Assembly (NCBI RefSeq): GCF_006345805.1
Contig: NC_042998.1
Coordinates: 102,486,001 to 102,550,000 of the forward strand
Length of the DNA: 64,000 nucleotides
Origin: Octopus sinensis
Taxonomy: Eukaryota
Reading direction: 5' to 3'
Below are positions 47,801 through 61,777 of this stretch, one piece after another. The notes beneath the pieces are model-generated. The model worked only from the letters and a program-made list of their open reading frames with translations, was not told the DNA's origin and did no database searches. The translations under genes were made by a program, and so were the position numbers. Position 1 is the first letter of the stretch, and each line of letters opens with the position of its first letter.

Positions 47801-48930
47801 ACGTGAACAGAATGAGAAACGAAAACAAAATAATAAAAAAGAACTGCTTTTCGTTTTCTATGTTCTTCGTTTATGCTTTCGTTTCTCATTGTGTCCACTT
47901 TTCTTTTGATACCCTGTACCCATATGTGCATGTATATGTACATATATATGTAGGTATGTACATATATGTATATATTTATATATTATTCATATTATATGAT
48001 CGAGCACCACGAATCCTCTTCGAAGTACGTTTTATCTTAATTCTCTTAATTATTTTATCCTAATTATTATGATGCATAATTTTCTATCTTTTCTATCTCT
48101 TCTCTGTCTATCTATCTCCTCTCTTGTTCTGTTTCCTTTCTTTTTTTCTCTTCCACACTTTCCCTATTCTTCTTCTCTCCCCTTCACCGTTCCCCACTCT
48201 TTCTGTCTCTCACTCGTCCACCTTTACTCTCTCCTGATTGACACGTGACGAAAGGCGATCTGTTTTCCTTCGTAAACACAAGACGTGATTTTACCTGTCT
48301 CTTGTCATAGCTCCTCTTTCTAGCATTCATAATCTTTCCCATCGTCTAGGCTTAACGACCTTCAGACCTTCACCGTTTGTTTTTACTCTCTTGTTCTCAC
48401 TGTCCTGTTTTTTGTTACCACTTTCACCCTCCAGAAAAATCCCAAATTCTATTTAATTTGCTTTGCGGAAAGGATTTCTTTAACGACGTCGCGTATTGTA
48501 CTTACCTTCAGTACGCGGAGTAGATGAAACAGGGACAACTGAAGAAGGGAAAGTTCTTTATGCTGCATGTCTCGGTTCTCTGTTTGTTTTTTATATTTTT
48601 GTTTTTATGTTTTCCTTTCTCATTTTGTCCACGTCTTTTTTGATGTCCTGTACCCACAAATGCATGTATATATATATATGTACATATATGCATATATATA
48701 TATATATTATATATATATATATATACATACATACATACAGACAGACATATATATACATATATATTTCTATATACGTATATATACATATATATATATATAT
48801 AATATAATATAAATAATATATAAATATAAGAATATATACATACATATATGTACAAATCTACATATATATATACATATATATAGGTAGATTTGTACATATA
48901 TGTATGTATATATTTATATATTATTTATAA
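47801..48930 (+). mobile_element. Second non-coding pyrimidine-rich element with terminal direct repeats (unit ~734 nt), related to 41129-42065
   Basis: tttctcatt.tgtccac....ttttgat..cctgtaccca..atgcatgtatat at ~47875-47950 and ~48610-48690. Shares ctga(a/t)gaaggg..gc(t/a)gcatgtc with 41815-41850. Short inverted copy at 47801-47826. Confidence 0.55.
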
Positions 48931-49025
48931 TATATTATATATATATATATGTATATATACGTATATATAAATATATTTGTATATATATATGTAAATATAT
49001 ATGTCTGTATGTATGTATGTATATA

Positions 49026-49089
<64 letters not shown>

Positions 49090-50181
49090 GCATATAGGTA
49101 CATAGATATGTAGATATATAAATATGCGTATGTGCATATGCATACACACACACATATATATAAATATGTATGTATGCATATATGTATATACATTGATACA
49201 TATATATGCATAAATACAAATATATAAATATCAGATTCATTTTAACCATACAATCATAAACGAACGCCGACACACACACACTCTGGCGCACACTCACATG
49301 CACACAGTGACCCCCCCCCCCACACAACACTGACACACACACACACGTATGTGTATGTACTGTGTATGCATGTACGAATGTAGGTTTATGTATGTTTGAA
49401 TACATGTATATCTCATTATAATGAAACTCATCTAGAAGATTGGGAATAATCACTTTTTTATATTTTTTACTCTATGCTAATGTAACTGTTAAATATTTTG
49501 TGATGTTTAAATCAGTCATTTTCACTCAAAAATTTTCTAAATAGAATACAACGTATCAAATTTAAAAGTAACTATTTCCGACATTATCGATAAGGCTAAT
49601 AACGTTTCTCAGAGAAAATTTTGAACGTTGGAATATTGTGTTCACCTTCTTTGAGTTTAGCGTAGAGAAGAACGTATTTAATTAAATGCTTGCAGTTTTA
49701 AATCATTATAGGATAATAATGTTTTCGCTAGTTTCACCAAAACTATTTGGCAACATTTATAAATTAATAAACGTCAGACCTCTCTCATAAGTTTTCATTT
49801 TTCCTGCAGCATTATATAATTAACACTATATTGATCACTACCGTTATCAGTATCATTATCATCATTATGGCCTTATTGGTCATCATCATTTTTATTATCG
49901 ACATCATCCAATTTACCTTAATGTACATATCGGCAAGCTTATCCCCCTCGAAAATAATCAGTGCTATCATCACCATCATCATTATTCGCTTAAATAACTA
50001 TGTTTTCATCGTCAAGATCATCGTCGACGATAGCACTATTTTCACATTTTCTACACTTGCAAGCAATTATCAACTCCACCATCTATGCCAGTATCCTCAT
50101 CAAAATCTATCCAATACATCAAACTACAAACAGTTTTTTTTAACCTTTACAAGATATTAACCCATCCTCCTGCAGGAAGAT

Positions 50182-50183
<2 letters not shown>

Positions 50184-50241
<58 letters not shown>
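50184..50241. repeat. (CT)n microsatellite
   Basis: Direct reading. Confidence 0.95.
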
Positions 50242-50244
<3 letters not shown>

Positions 50245-51109
50245 CGTTGCAGTAACGCATTTCCAGGTGTCAATAAAATGTAGGATGACACACAAAAAGA
50301 AAAAGAAAATAAAATGAAAGCAGAAAGTAAAATGAATAAATGAAAAGAAACCACAATCGCTTGACTATTTCTTTCCAAAATATTAATGAAGTCTCGAGAA
50401 TGTTTTCAACACTGCAATATATTTTTCTAAACATTTCATTAAAATATTCATTTAGATGGTTTTTGCAAGTAACATATTCTTCCTCGCGTTGGTCATCGAA
50501 GTTTTGTGAAATACATCTACATAATATAATTCTAACGCCAATAAAATTCATTCCTATTTTACGGGAAGCACAAACAGGATTGTTTAAAGACATTACTACA
50601 TTGTTTTTTATTCAAAGTATCTATATGTTCTTGATTTAACTTGTTAAAGTTTTTTCCTTATCTCAGTAGGAGATAAGGTAATTTTAATATTCTTATAGTC
50701 ACGAACTCTGTCTATGAGGTCAATAGCAATTTCCGGTGTTCTATAGCTTGTAATTTAAAATATAATATATACTGACGACCATCATGACCCTGTAAATGTC
50801 CTCCATACCCGAAACCAAGGCACTTATATTAGATAAAAGCTGATAACTGCGGAATGATGTTTATTGCATAATTAATATTCGATATTGCATTATCTTCGAT
50901 GATAACACATATACGAAAAACGCAAAACCATTTTGCTCAATATGAAAGGTTATCTTCTGTCCATACTTCCTCGTCATTAATATTTATTTTTAGATCGATC
51001 AAAGCATTTTAAAATATATAGACTTAATTTCCAAGAGTTGAACATAACTCTAAATTATGAGAAATTCAGCATTCCTTCTATTGCATTGTAAATTCAGCAT
51101 CTGGGTATA

Positions 51110-51575
51110 AACTTAGATATGTTTCGACCAATGATTGGTCCAGGCCATGTCTAACTTAATAGCACCACCTGATATAATTATTTGAATCCTGTTTAAGTCA
51201 GGTTTTGTTTATGGTCCATTCAAGTAGTGAGTTTTTGTTGGGTGAGTTGTATCCAATTATGGGTGGCTTATCTGGTATTCCTTGAAGGAATCTATCCAGA
51301 CTCCGTTTAAAGTTGATGGGATCCTGTTCCTCTTTAATCTCTTTCGGGACAATGTTAAATAGGACAGGGCCTGTTGAGGAAAAGAAATTATGTTGCAGTG
51401 TACATGTATGCTGTGATCTTGAATTGGGCAGGGGACGTATGGTCCCCGGTCCCAGTCTTGGATGAACCTTGAAGCTAATGTTCAGGTCGTTTGGGCAAAG
51501 TTGGCGGTATATTCTCCACATCGTACAAATGATGTACCGCTCACGGCGACGCTGGAGAGTATAAGAATTTTTAGA
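51110..51575 (-). mobile_element. CR1-group LINE 3' end with 3' UTR
   Basis: YTLQRRRERYIICTMWRI..PN..GPVLFNIVPKEI..FKRSLDRFLQGIPDKP..NSLLEW (ORF 51198 and upstream), then tail ggtggtgct..catggcctggaccaatcattggtcgaaac. Confidence 0.65.
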
Positions 51576-51656
51576 AAACTTATTGATATAATTGCTTCAT
51601 CAAATCAGTTAGATGCGTCAGAATGTGCTCTAAAATAAAATAGATTCTTGCACCCA

Positions 51657-51856
<200 letters not shown>

Positions 51857-51934
51857 TATCAACCTATATACATACTTACACATACAGTCATACACATACA
51901 GACAGACTTTTATATCTATTTATTTCTATTTTAG

Positions 51935-52080
51935 AGACAAAGCTTGGGATTTGGGGCTTTGTCTCTACAATATAGATAATTGGAAAGGATGAAAGGCAAA
52001 CTCAACATTAGAATTCAGAAGTAAAGTCGGTCGAAAACCTGGTAAGCATTTTGCCTGGTGTGCTAAAGATTCTGCTGCTT
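51935..52080 (-). mobile_element. Decayed SINE family B
   Basis: gaaaggatgaaaggcaaactcaac..agaattcagaag..taagcattttgcctggtgtgctaaagattctg. Confidence 0.55.
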
Positions 52081-52480
52081 TATATGTAGTTGTAGTAATG
52101 ACGTTTGAAATTATTTAATACGTATGTTTCAGATTTGAATAATATATAATAGTAAAAGTGTTCTTTACGTGAACCTTTCACAATTTAAGCATGTTTTCAA
52201 ATATGAAAAAGTTGAAAACATTTCACTATATTTGTGACGAAAACAGTACATCGGTTACTAAGATAGGAGGATATATATATGTACAACAAGAAATAATTTT
52301 TGCCTCCTTTTATGGAGACAAAAACGTTTATAAAACTGCAAAAAAGAAGTGCTCAAATGAGATTGAGACATATAAAAAACGTTGATTAGAGAACAAACAT
52401 CAAATTCAAGTCAACAACTTTATATAACACAACGCTTCCATACATTTGATCAAATATATAAATATTACCATCGCCTTTAA

Positions 52481-54081
52481 CATATAAAGGACACATATAT
52501 AAAAACACAGAAGGTAAAAATATATATGCAAATAAAAATACAATTATATAGAACAACCTATGAAGAAAGAATATACAATCGACTAAAAATTCTAAAGCGT
52601 GTCATGCGACTAAAAATCTAATTAATAAAATATCAATCGACTAAAAATATTTTTATTTATTTATGTAAGCCATCTGTTACATACGTATATAAAGATGTTA
52701 AAAATATATACTGGAAGCGAAATAATGGCAGTGAAGAGATGAGTAAAACCAAGCACTCGTTCTAGAAAACGGGAAGTCATATGGTTTGCACTCCCATTTT
52801 CTCTTAGAGAAAGAAATTTTCCCAAGTTGTTTTTTTAAGACTCTGAAGGAGAATTTCACAAAGAATCATATATGCTACAGCATCTGCATTAAGTCCTCCA
52901 TCAATTTTTTTTACTCGGTAATGCCGAATTCGGCCTTCATTATTGCATCTATTAATAGAAGCAAATTAAATGGGCAAGTGCACTGGAACTATTCCTCTGT
53001 TGGAAAGCTGGAAGCCAGATAAGTAATGTTAGTATTAGTAATAGCAATATGGGTGGTTTTGGTAAATCGTGTAATTGTAGAAACCTTAGGTTATGTCCTC
53101 TTCGCGGATTCTCTCTGACTAAGAATGCTATATATAAGTGCGTTGTTAAAGAGAAAGGTAATTTGGATAGGTTTTACATAGGTAGTACTGTCAAATGTAT
53201 GACGAGATATTGGGCTCACATGAATTCGTTTGTGAACGGAAAATATTTCAACGCCACTACACCATGCCTTTTATATTCATAGTTTAATAAGAAATTTTAA
53301 AAAGTTACGCTGTTGAATGGTCTGTTATCTCGAAGGCCTCTTATTTTAGAGTTAATATTAACAAGTGTAAGTTATGTATAAGGAAATCCCTTGGCAATCT
53401 TAGGTCCTTTGGACCTAAAACATTCAATAAATTTACAGAGGTGATCCCTTTTTGCAACCATAAGTTTTTTTCTACTTTTCAGAAAGTATATACAAGTAAA
53501 GCTAGGTGTGGTAAATAGCATTTAGTTTTACTGGGTTTTGAAACAGGATAGTAAAAATTCCTATGATTAGCAGCTACCTACATGTTTAAAAATTGAAATA
53601 AAATATATTTGTGTGTATGTGTGTGTGTGTGTGTGTGGTAGATAATTTGGACTGGTCCTACGATAGATTATCTTTAAAATAGGTATGCACCCGTTTTGTA
53701 ACTCCAGTGAACGACTAATTGTTGAGAATACTGTTCATTCTGATGAAGGGGTGATTGCGGAGATTTACCTTAACTCGTAATCGAAAGGCGGTAGCGAACT
53801 CCCGAAATGGACATAGATTTTGTGGAACTCTTTGCACTCCTGGAATCCAACCTACCATTGTGTTTATGAAATGAACCTTTTTGTCATATTTTTAATTGAG
53901 GGGAGTAAAAAAGAAAACAAGTTGTCGATTTATATTTTATCTAGATTTTTAGTCGCATGACACGCTTTATAATTTTTAGTCAATTGTATATACCTTCTTC
54001 ATAAGCCGTTCTATGTATTTGTATTTTTATTTCCATATATAATTTTACTTTCTGTGGTTTTTATATATGTATTCATTATAC
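52481..54081 (+). mobile_element. Decayed 5'-truncated PLE (Nematis-like) with inverted terminal arms 52481-52642 / 53925-54081
   Basis: KREVIWFALPF..ENFTKNH..FYSVMPN (52760-53020) and SCNCRNLRLCPLRG..NAIYKCVV..FYIGST..RYWAHMNSF (ORF 53049). The arms share gactaaaaatt.taaagcgtgtcatgcgactaaaaatcta in inverted orientation. Confidence 0.75.
53735..53830 (+). ncRNA. Degenerate type I hammerhead with branched stem II
   Basis: att-CTGATGA-a-GGGG..gattgcggag/ctcgtaatc hairpin..TCCC-GAAA-TG-ga-CA-TA^gat. Stem I is only ~3 bp. Confidence 0.5.
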
Positions 54082-54360
54082 GATAAATATATGGAAGCGA
54101 GGTATTATATAAAGTCGTTGATTCGAATATGATGTTTGATCTCTAATGAAATGGAAGTTCCCAATAGACGTTCAAGTCTTCTTAAATTATTTGGAAATGA
54201 CAAAATTCGTGTCATACAAAAATCAGCGATGATAGGTACTGCGCACAATTCAAGGAAAGTAATATCTGTTTGAAGTTATTCTTATGACTTCACAAACAAC
54301 TAAATTATCTGTACGTTTTTCATCTATACTGCATGTAAAAGTAACAACAACAACAACAAC

Positions 54361-54392
<32 letters not shown>

Positions 54393-54476
54393 GAAGAAGA
54401 AGAAGAAGAATAATATTAATAATATACATACATACATAATATACACACATACATACATAAGATACACACACGCATC

Positions 54477-54509
<33 letters not shown>

Positions 54510-54629
54510 CTACATACATATATATATTGTGTGAGTGTGTGTGTTAAGAACCAATTATCCTCTCTAGGTTATATTTCTTGAAACATCGATATTATTAACA
54601 TTCTCCCTGAAATATTTTTTTGTTTCCAA

Positions 54630-55200
54630 CTTCCCAATTGTTTGCTAATTTCTTTAGTCAGACATCGCCAGCGGGATAAATAACAAGTTAACTCGTGCGT
54701 GTTGTTTACTCTTCTGAAAGTCTTCGAAGTCCATTTCAGTTTCTTTCAATTCTGTTATATGATCATAGTAATGAGGTGAGTATCACTGAAGTTATCTGGA
54801 GTAGTTTCACTGAATTCCTTGGAGTTGCATCATAAACGTTCAGAGTAGGATCCCTCACGTTACCGTATTTTCTAGTTCCTGTGGGTTACTATACCGCACG
54901 ATTTATCTTATCCAAAAGAGAGATTGTCTCATCTCTCTCAATATTTCTTAGTGAGGTTTACTCATTGTTAGCATTTGTTTTTGTCAGCGGTACACTCTGA
55001 ACTATTTCAGATGAAATTTACAGAAGAAATCTTATTTAGAGCTCTCACCCACACTTCAAACGAAGATAAATCGCTCCCTGACAGCTACAGTACAAAGACA
55101 GGGTGTTTGTTCAGTTGTTTTAGAGATGCGGGGATGATAGTATTCTGGGAATGGCAGTAAGACGCTGTAGTAATCCATTGCTTCACACCCTCTTTCGCCT
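54630..55200 (-). mobile_element. Possible very old PLE RT relic
   Basis: Only motif traces (RALN.., .LD, Y..PT.T..Y) across frameshifts. Confidence 0.25.
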
Positions 55201-56469
55201 CCCAAATCTGTTCAGTTTTTTTTCGGCAAAATACCAACAAAATGTCATTATTGTGACATGTGTTACAAGTAAACTTTTAGGAATAGCAGCCTCTAGCACA
55301 TTGTTTTGTGCAGGGCACTGAAAGGGGTCCAGTACCGGTATGGAATTCAGTATTTGGTGAAGTGGACATTAACGTTTACAAAATTTATTTTGAGTCCTTC
55401 TAACCGCATGCCCTCGCGTACCATCTCTGCTTTAGTAATTTAATTAGACCTCGGTGACAAATTGACCAATAACCATAGACCCGCATCGCTATCAATGTCA
55501 CTGATTACTGATGGTCAGCTCACCATACATGGAGATACATGAGTACAGGTGAAGGTATGACTATTTCAGTCTATACTGTGACTGAGTCTTCAGTCTTTTA
55601 AGTACAAAAGACAATGCAATCGGATTTACAATATCCCAAGCAAAAGTATAACTCATGATTATGTGTTTCCTGTAATTGCTATTTTTACAGTAATTGGGTA
55701 CCCGTTACCATTCTTCCCAACTTACAGATATGACATTTTTCTTTTTGCTCGCTTTTGAATTATATTCAGAAACAAAGAAACTGTTTATGTGCAGTTCTCT
55801 CACTTGATTATATTTCCTGGAAACTTTGTTAAATCTATTAGTTTTATCAGAGTGATGCCTGAAGCAATTTTTCTCTTTTAGCACTACTAATATATGCATA
55901 CTCTAAAGTGTTAGCCTGCATGCAGGTGTTGTTATAGTAATCTTTCGACATGATTGTTACACTGTTTTAAATAATATCTGTTATTAAACATTGATCTAAT
56001 TAATATTTCCTTCTTTTTATAGCAAATGCATCTAAATAACACGTGATGAATTTGATATTTTACGTCATTTTGGCAGTTGTAAAACATAAATATTTTTTGA
56101 TGGCAGATGTATCTAGCGAACATTTAGATATGAGATGTTATTACATCGTGAAAGCAAATAGAAAAATACATGAAACACGAACCGGTTTATGTCAACCTTC
56201 AGAAAACATGGCTCGAGCATTAACAGATCATTAAAATCGTAACTTCCAAGTACTCTAAATAGAGAGGTTACATTGGGAAATTTGAAATAAAGAGAATATT
56301 CACGTCCTTAAGGAACGAATGATGATGATGATAATGATGACTGGTGACAACAACAACTACAACAGCAACATCATCAACAAGAGCAACAACGAAATTGATG
56401 ATAATAATCAACTTCTGATACATAGACTTATGCTGAATGCATGCAAAAGATGATATAGTAATATGGGTA

Positions 56470-56960
56470 TAGCTTTGATGGTTTACAAGAAAGATTATGT
56501 CATAGATTTCCCCATTCCTAGATCTTAGAAAGTCTTGAGTTGGTAGAGGTGTCTGACAACATTTTGAATTTTATCAGATCAATAGAGGACTGGAATGCAG
56601 ATTTTAAATCACGCGGGGAATTTATGAAGATGGTTAACATCAAGAGAGATATATTTGAGAGAGACAGTCTGTCACCATTGCTGCTTGTGATACTCATCGT
56701 GCATATATTATGGCAACCACGGAGTAAACCTTTGAAAGTGAATAAAAGTGGAATCACATGTTGTACATGCCTAACTTAAACATCTTCCGTAAAAGTGAGC
56801 GTCAAATAATGGGCTAGTCTCAACATTGCAGATATTCAGTAAGGATATCTAGATGGAATTTGGAATTAAAATGTGTGATATGCTTATCATAAAAAACACA
56901 GAGCAGTGACATCTAATGGTGCAGGACTATCCAACGGCAAGAGAGAATTAAGGATGTTGA
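56470..56960 (+). mobile_element. R4/Dong-like RT fragment
   Basis: LELVEVSDNILNFIRS..VNIKRDIFERDSLSPLLLVI (GIFQGDSLSP-like), decayed LYMDDL region, IFSKDI.MEFGIK. Confidence 0.7.
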
Positions 56961-56989
56961 GATGGAAGGATATAAGACGAGAGAAGACA

Positions 56990-58540
56990 GATCTTGTGGA
57001 TCGAGTGCATGATACTGAATGGGTCCGAAAGGAAACCATTCACTCGAACTGCCGTGCAGAAATCATTGTACATTTCAACGATCCAGATACGGTTAACAGG
57101 ACAGAAACCGGCCACCGTGAGAACGGCTGCAAGGTGTTAGTGGTCGTCTCTATCGGAGGCTTTAAATTGATTCAAATTCATTAATGACAGCTCTTTACCC
57201 AACCTGTATCGCATGAGGTGGAAGTTGTCTTGAGTGGATCTTTTTAGGATGCGCGTCTCCGATCAGTTCCTCGACAAGCGTCAACTTCTTTGCTAACAGC
57301 TTGGCCAAAATTTTGAAATTTGCATTCAACAGCGTTATGGACATAATATTTTTAAAATTTGATCCTCCTTCTTTCGATCCTTTCAACGAAGTCCTACCAC
57401 TCCTCGACTCACATAACAAGGAATTCACCTGTTCTGCTTCCAGCTCCGGTAGATATCTGCTACGAAGCCAATAAGCAAGTCTAGCTTATAAAAGTAAAGC
57501 TCGTAGGGCAGACCATCCAAACCAGGACATTTGTGCCTCCACCCCCCACCCCCCCACCACCACCATATGCAGCACATCACGTCTCGTATTTCCGCTGCAG
57601 TTATTGGCATTTCACAACGTTCCTCCACACTCACCTCCTTGCAGAGCGTCGTGGCATACCGTCGTGGTAGGCACTGAAGTCCATCCCACATTCCTGACTG
57701 CCATTCATCCTTAACATTGGAGCAAAGTACTGTTGGAATTTTGCACATATTTACTTGGGTTCAAATACCGTGCACTCATTTTACTCTACCAAAGACTGAA
57801 TTATGTCTTTCTTGTCACGTTATGCTTCTACCACTCGAACCCATCGAGAAGCTTTCGTTCGCTTGCTTCTTATAGCACGCGCCTTAGCACTGGCAATGCA
57901 CCCTTCGTCCTGAGATTTGAAGAAATGGTTCAGGATCAATCGTACCGCCAGCACGTCGGCTACGATGACTTTCCCAAGCGTATCTTCTAAGTTTCTTAGT
58001 TTACGTCTATTATGGTTCTATCTATCACTAATGCCTACCAAACCTAATCGATTCTTCTCTCATTCCCCTTTTCATGACAAACCATCATTTGTTGATCCCG
58101 ACGAAGTTCTCTTACGTGATCTGCTCATCTGGTCTCTGTAAGTTTGGAACGTTTGTCTCACACAAGCTAATCCTGTGCCAAATATGGCATTCCAATCACC
58201 CATTAGCTATGAATCTCGAAATGTTCCCAGGAAAACATCCCAACGTTTGAAAAAATCTAGCTGTCCTATCCCTCGGAGCATAAACAGCCACTAGTCTGAA
58301 AGCACCCACGTTGCAACTGCTCACATCCAGGACCACTAACTTACCTTGTATCCAGATGCATGGCCTTTACCTTGAAATTCAGATCTTTTCGGAACAACAC
58401 CGCGGTTCCACCTCCCATTCGCGATCTACATGGAAATAATAAAAATGTCAGAGAGGAGCGTCAAAAGGGCATGAAAATCCGTCGGTCAGAGACTCTGGTT
58501 TCATTACATCTAAACCTAATGACCTGACAAAATTGAGTTT
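56990..58540 (-). mobile_element. L1/Tx1-like LINE ORF2 relic (APE + RT N-terminal half)
   Basis: GGTAVLFRKDLN..KLVVLDV..FRLVAVYAP (58250-58420), PITAAEI..KCPGLDGLPYELY (ORF 57425), SITLLNANFKILAKLLAKKL (ORF 57195) and VRVNGFLSDPFSI (~57000-57070). Confidence 0.8.
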
Positions 58541-59991
58541 TCAAGGTGACCCCAATCGCTGTACATTTATAATGCAACTTTCAACAGATTGAAAGCAAAA
58601 TATTTCCAAGGTAATATAAATAAAAGGCTCTACAATGAAATGCCTTTGGAAACACCTATAAATAGTCAGAAGGACACCATGTTTGTCAGAGGAGAGTCGA
58701 AAGAATTGCACATGTTTAAGCCGGTGGTTTGGTCGAATGGTGTGAGTTAAGCGCCTCTCAGTTTCGATGTTGTAGGTGTTATTATAGTTATTGGTGCTTC
58801 TAGCTGATGCTGTTCAATGGATTTTTCCTGCTGTTATATTTAGTGATGTTGTTGATTTGATTTTAGACGCAGCTGCTTTTCGCTACCTTTTATTTTGAAA
58901 ATCTTCCACAGAGGTATGTAGGAATCGGCTATAATTCCCTACGTTTGAGGGTTATTGTGGCATTTTCTTTGGTTATCTCTTCAGTAAGGAATCTTACCCA
59001 AACTGCATCAAATCCTCTCCCTCAAGTAACATAAGTTCTTAAACAATGATCATGATACCAATAACAATATTGATTGATATATTCTTCCTATCGGAATGTG
59101 TAACAAGCAAAGTTACCCCATGTTTGAGCAGCTTATTCCGCTTAACTAAAGTAAAATTAGAGTGACATCTGTTTTTGAAATTATGTTCAGAATAATAAGC
59201 CCGTGTTTATGACAATCAAACGTGCTAGTCAATATGGTTTTATATGTAATGACTCGAGTAAAACCATGTAATTCCAACATACAACTCATTGTAGCATTCC
59301 TTAATCAGAATCCTCGGATACTGCTTTCTTTATCATTTACATTTGTCCCTACAACTTCTCTGCTGAATTTTGAATCACTACAAATAACAGTCTAATACAA
59401 TGGGAGATACAATATAATATTTTAAGCAGGAAAAGCACATTGGATATTGTAGTCTTAATATTAGGATTTCATGATTTTATCATCATACAGATATTCAAAC
59501 AGCGCTGTCTGGGTATAAAGAACATCAACAGCAAGATATGTCAAATCTATAACTTGGTATTTCTCTCGGGTTACATCAAGGCCTTTTATAATTTATAACA
59601 GCACAAAGACACAGTATTCTAGAAGAAGGATTATTTTGTTTTAACCTTTCATGTTTTATCATAAATGTCATTACTAGCAATAAATTTCTGTAGAGTATAA
59701 CAGGTCTATGCATCAATAACGGAACTAAATAACCAGGAAAAAATAGACAAAACAATATTTATGAATGTATGAAAATAGGAAGAGAGATTATAAAACAGAG
59801 AACAAGATCACGGGTAGTTTTTCAAAATATCTCATCATTTCAGCATAGACATAAAGTTCGATACATCTCATTACCCTGAACCACCACACATATATATGCA
59901 CGTATCCACGAAGAAATAAAAGCATCTCCTCTAATAGACTTTTACATTATCATAGAAAACAATATATCAATACAAGGATGCACACATATGC

Positions 59992-60160
<169 letters not shown>

Positions 60161-60249
60161 TGCCTATTTATCTATCTCTCTACAAATATATCTATCTATC
60201 TGCCTGTCTGTCTGTTTGTCCGTCTTTGCGTGTGTATGAATGTGTGCAT

Positions 60250-60522
60250 GACAATGTGTGTCTGAAAGGATGTAAGGATAGGTTTATGTATACATAGAAA
60301 TATAATATACATTAACAAACATACACAAACACACGCACACATATATGTATGCATGTATAAATAAAGATATATATATATAATATATATACATATATATATA
60401 TACATATGTATACATATACACACACATATATATATATGCGCGCACACACATACATATGTAATATATATACATATATACACACATATATATATATATAAAT
60501 ATAAATACATAAATATGTATAT

Positions 60523-60560
<38 letters not shown>

Positions 60561-61100
60561 GCACCCATATATACATATACATATATACCTATATATATAT
60601 ACATATATATAAAAACATATATATGCTTACATATATATGCACATATATATATACGTATATATACATATATATACATATATATATGTATATACGCATATAT
60701 ATACACATATATGTACATGTACATATATATATAAATATATACAAATATATATACATATATACATATATATTATACACATATATATATACACACACACATA
60801 TATATACATAAATATATACATATATACATAAATACATATAAATATATACAGGTACATATATATATATATATACACATATATATACATATATATGTACATA
60901 TATATACATATATATACATATATATATACATGCATATATATATACATACATATACATACACACATGCATATATATATATATACATACATATATATGCATA
61001 CATACATATATATATGTATATATTTATATACGTATACATATATATGCCTCTACATACACGCACACACATATATAAATATATATTGTTAAATACATATACT
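60250..61100. repeat. Compound (TA)n/(CA)n/(TACA)n low-complexity block
   Basis: Direct reading. Confidence 0.9.
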
Positions 61101-61673
61101 AATGCATTTGCCTTTTTTATGTTCCGGTGGCTGTAGTGGCGTTGCGATGTATATAATTCGTGAGTCACGGCGTTAAAATGCCTTAGAGTCATGCACAGGC
61201 GGGATAACCCAACCTTAATCCAATTTAGAAGTAATGGACATCGATATTTCGACACTTTTGTAGCTTATTAACACAAGCTGTCCGCTGGTTTGAAGGCGAA
61301 TCAGCTTGCCAGTCCAACGACATATATGTTTACGGCTTGTAAAATAATGAGCTGGTATGCTCGGAAATTGCATACCTAAGAGAAAATTTACGTATAGATA
61401 CATATATAAATAAATAAATAGATAAATAAATAAATAAATATAAATATAAAAAAATTAAAAGTTTCAAAATTTATAAATTAAAAATTTTTTAAATATTAAA
61501 AAAAATAACAAAAAAAAATTAGAAATATATATTTAAAAATTTTAAATTTAAATGATTTAACTTTAAATTTTATATTTTATATATTTTGTATATTATATTA
61601 ATTATATTTATTTTTATGTTTTGGTTTATGTTTTTCACTGTTTGATTGCCTAATAGTGGTTTTATCTGTAATT

Positions 61674-61722
<49 letters not shown>

Positions 61723-61777
61723 ATAGGATTAGCTCGTATACGAGTAGGTATATATTTGTAAAAAATGAAGTTCGAAA

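Noticed and set aside
44361-49453. Dozens of 60-255 aa ORFs rich in YI/MC/VC/HT
   Set aside because: They are translations of (TA)/(TG)/(TATG) repeats, which lack stops in several frames. The same applies to ORFs at 29323-29927, 41984-42997 and 59978-61255.
50772-50830. CTGACGA...GAAA spacing like a hammerhead
   Set aside because: No complementarity in the would-be stem II or III; probably chance.
61400-61720. Extremely AT-rich block with irregular homopolymers
   Set aside because: It looks like degraded (TAAA)n/(TA)n or poor consensus quality; I see no reproducible structure.
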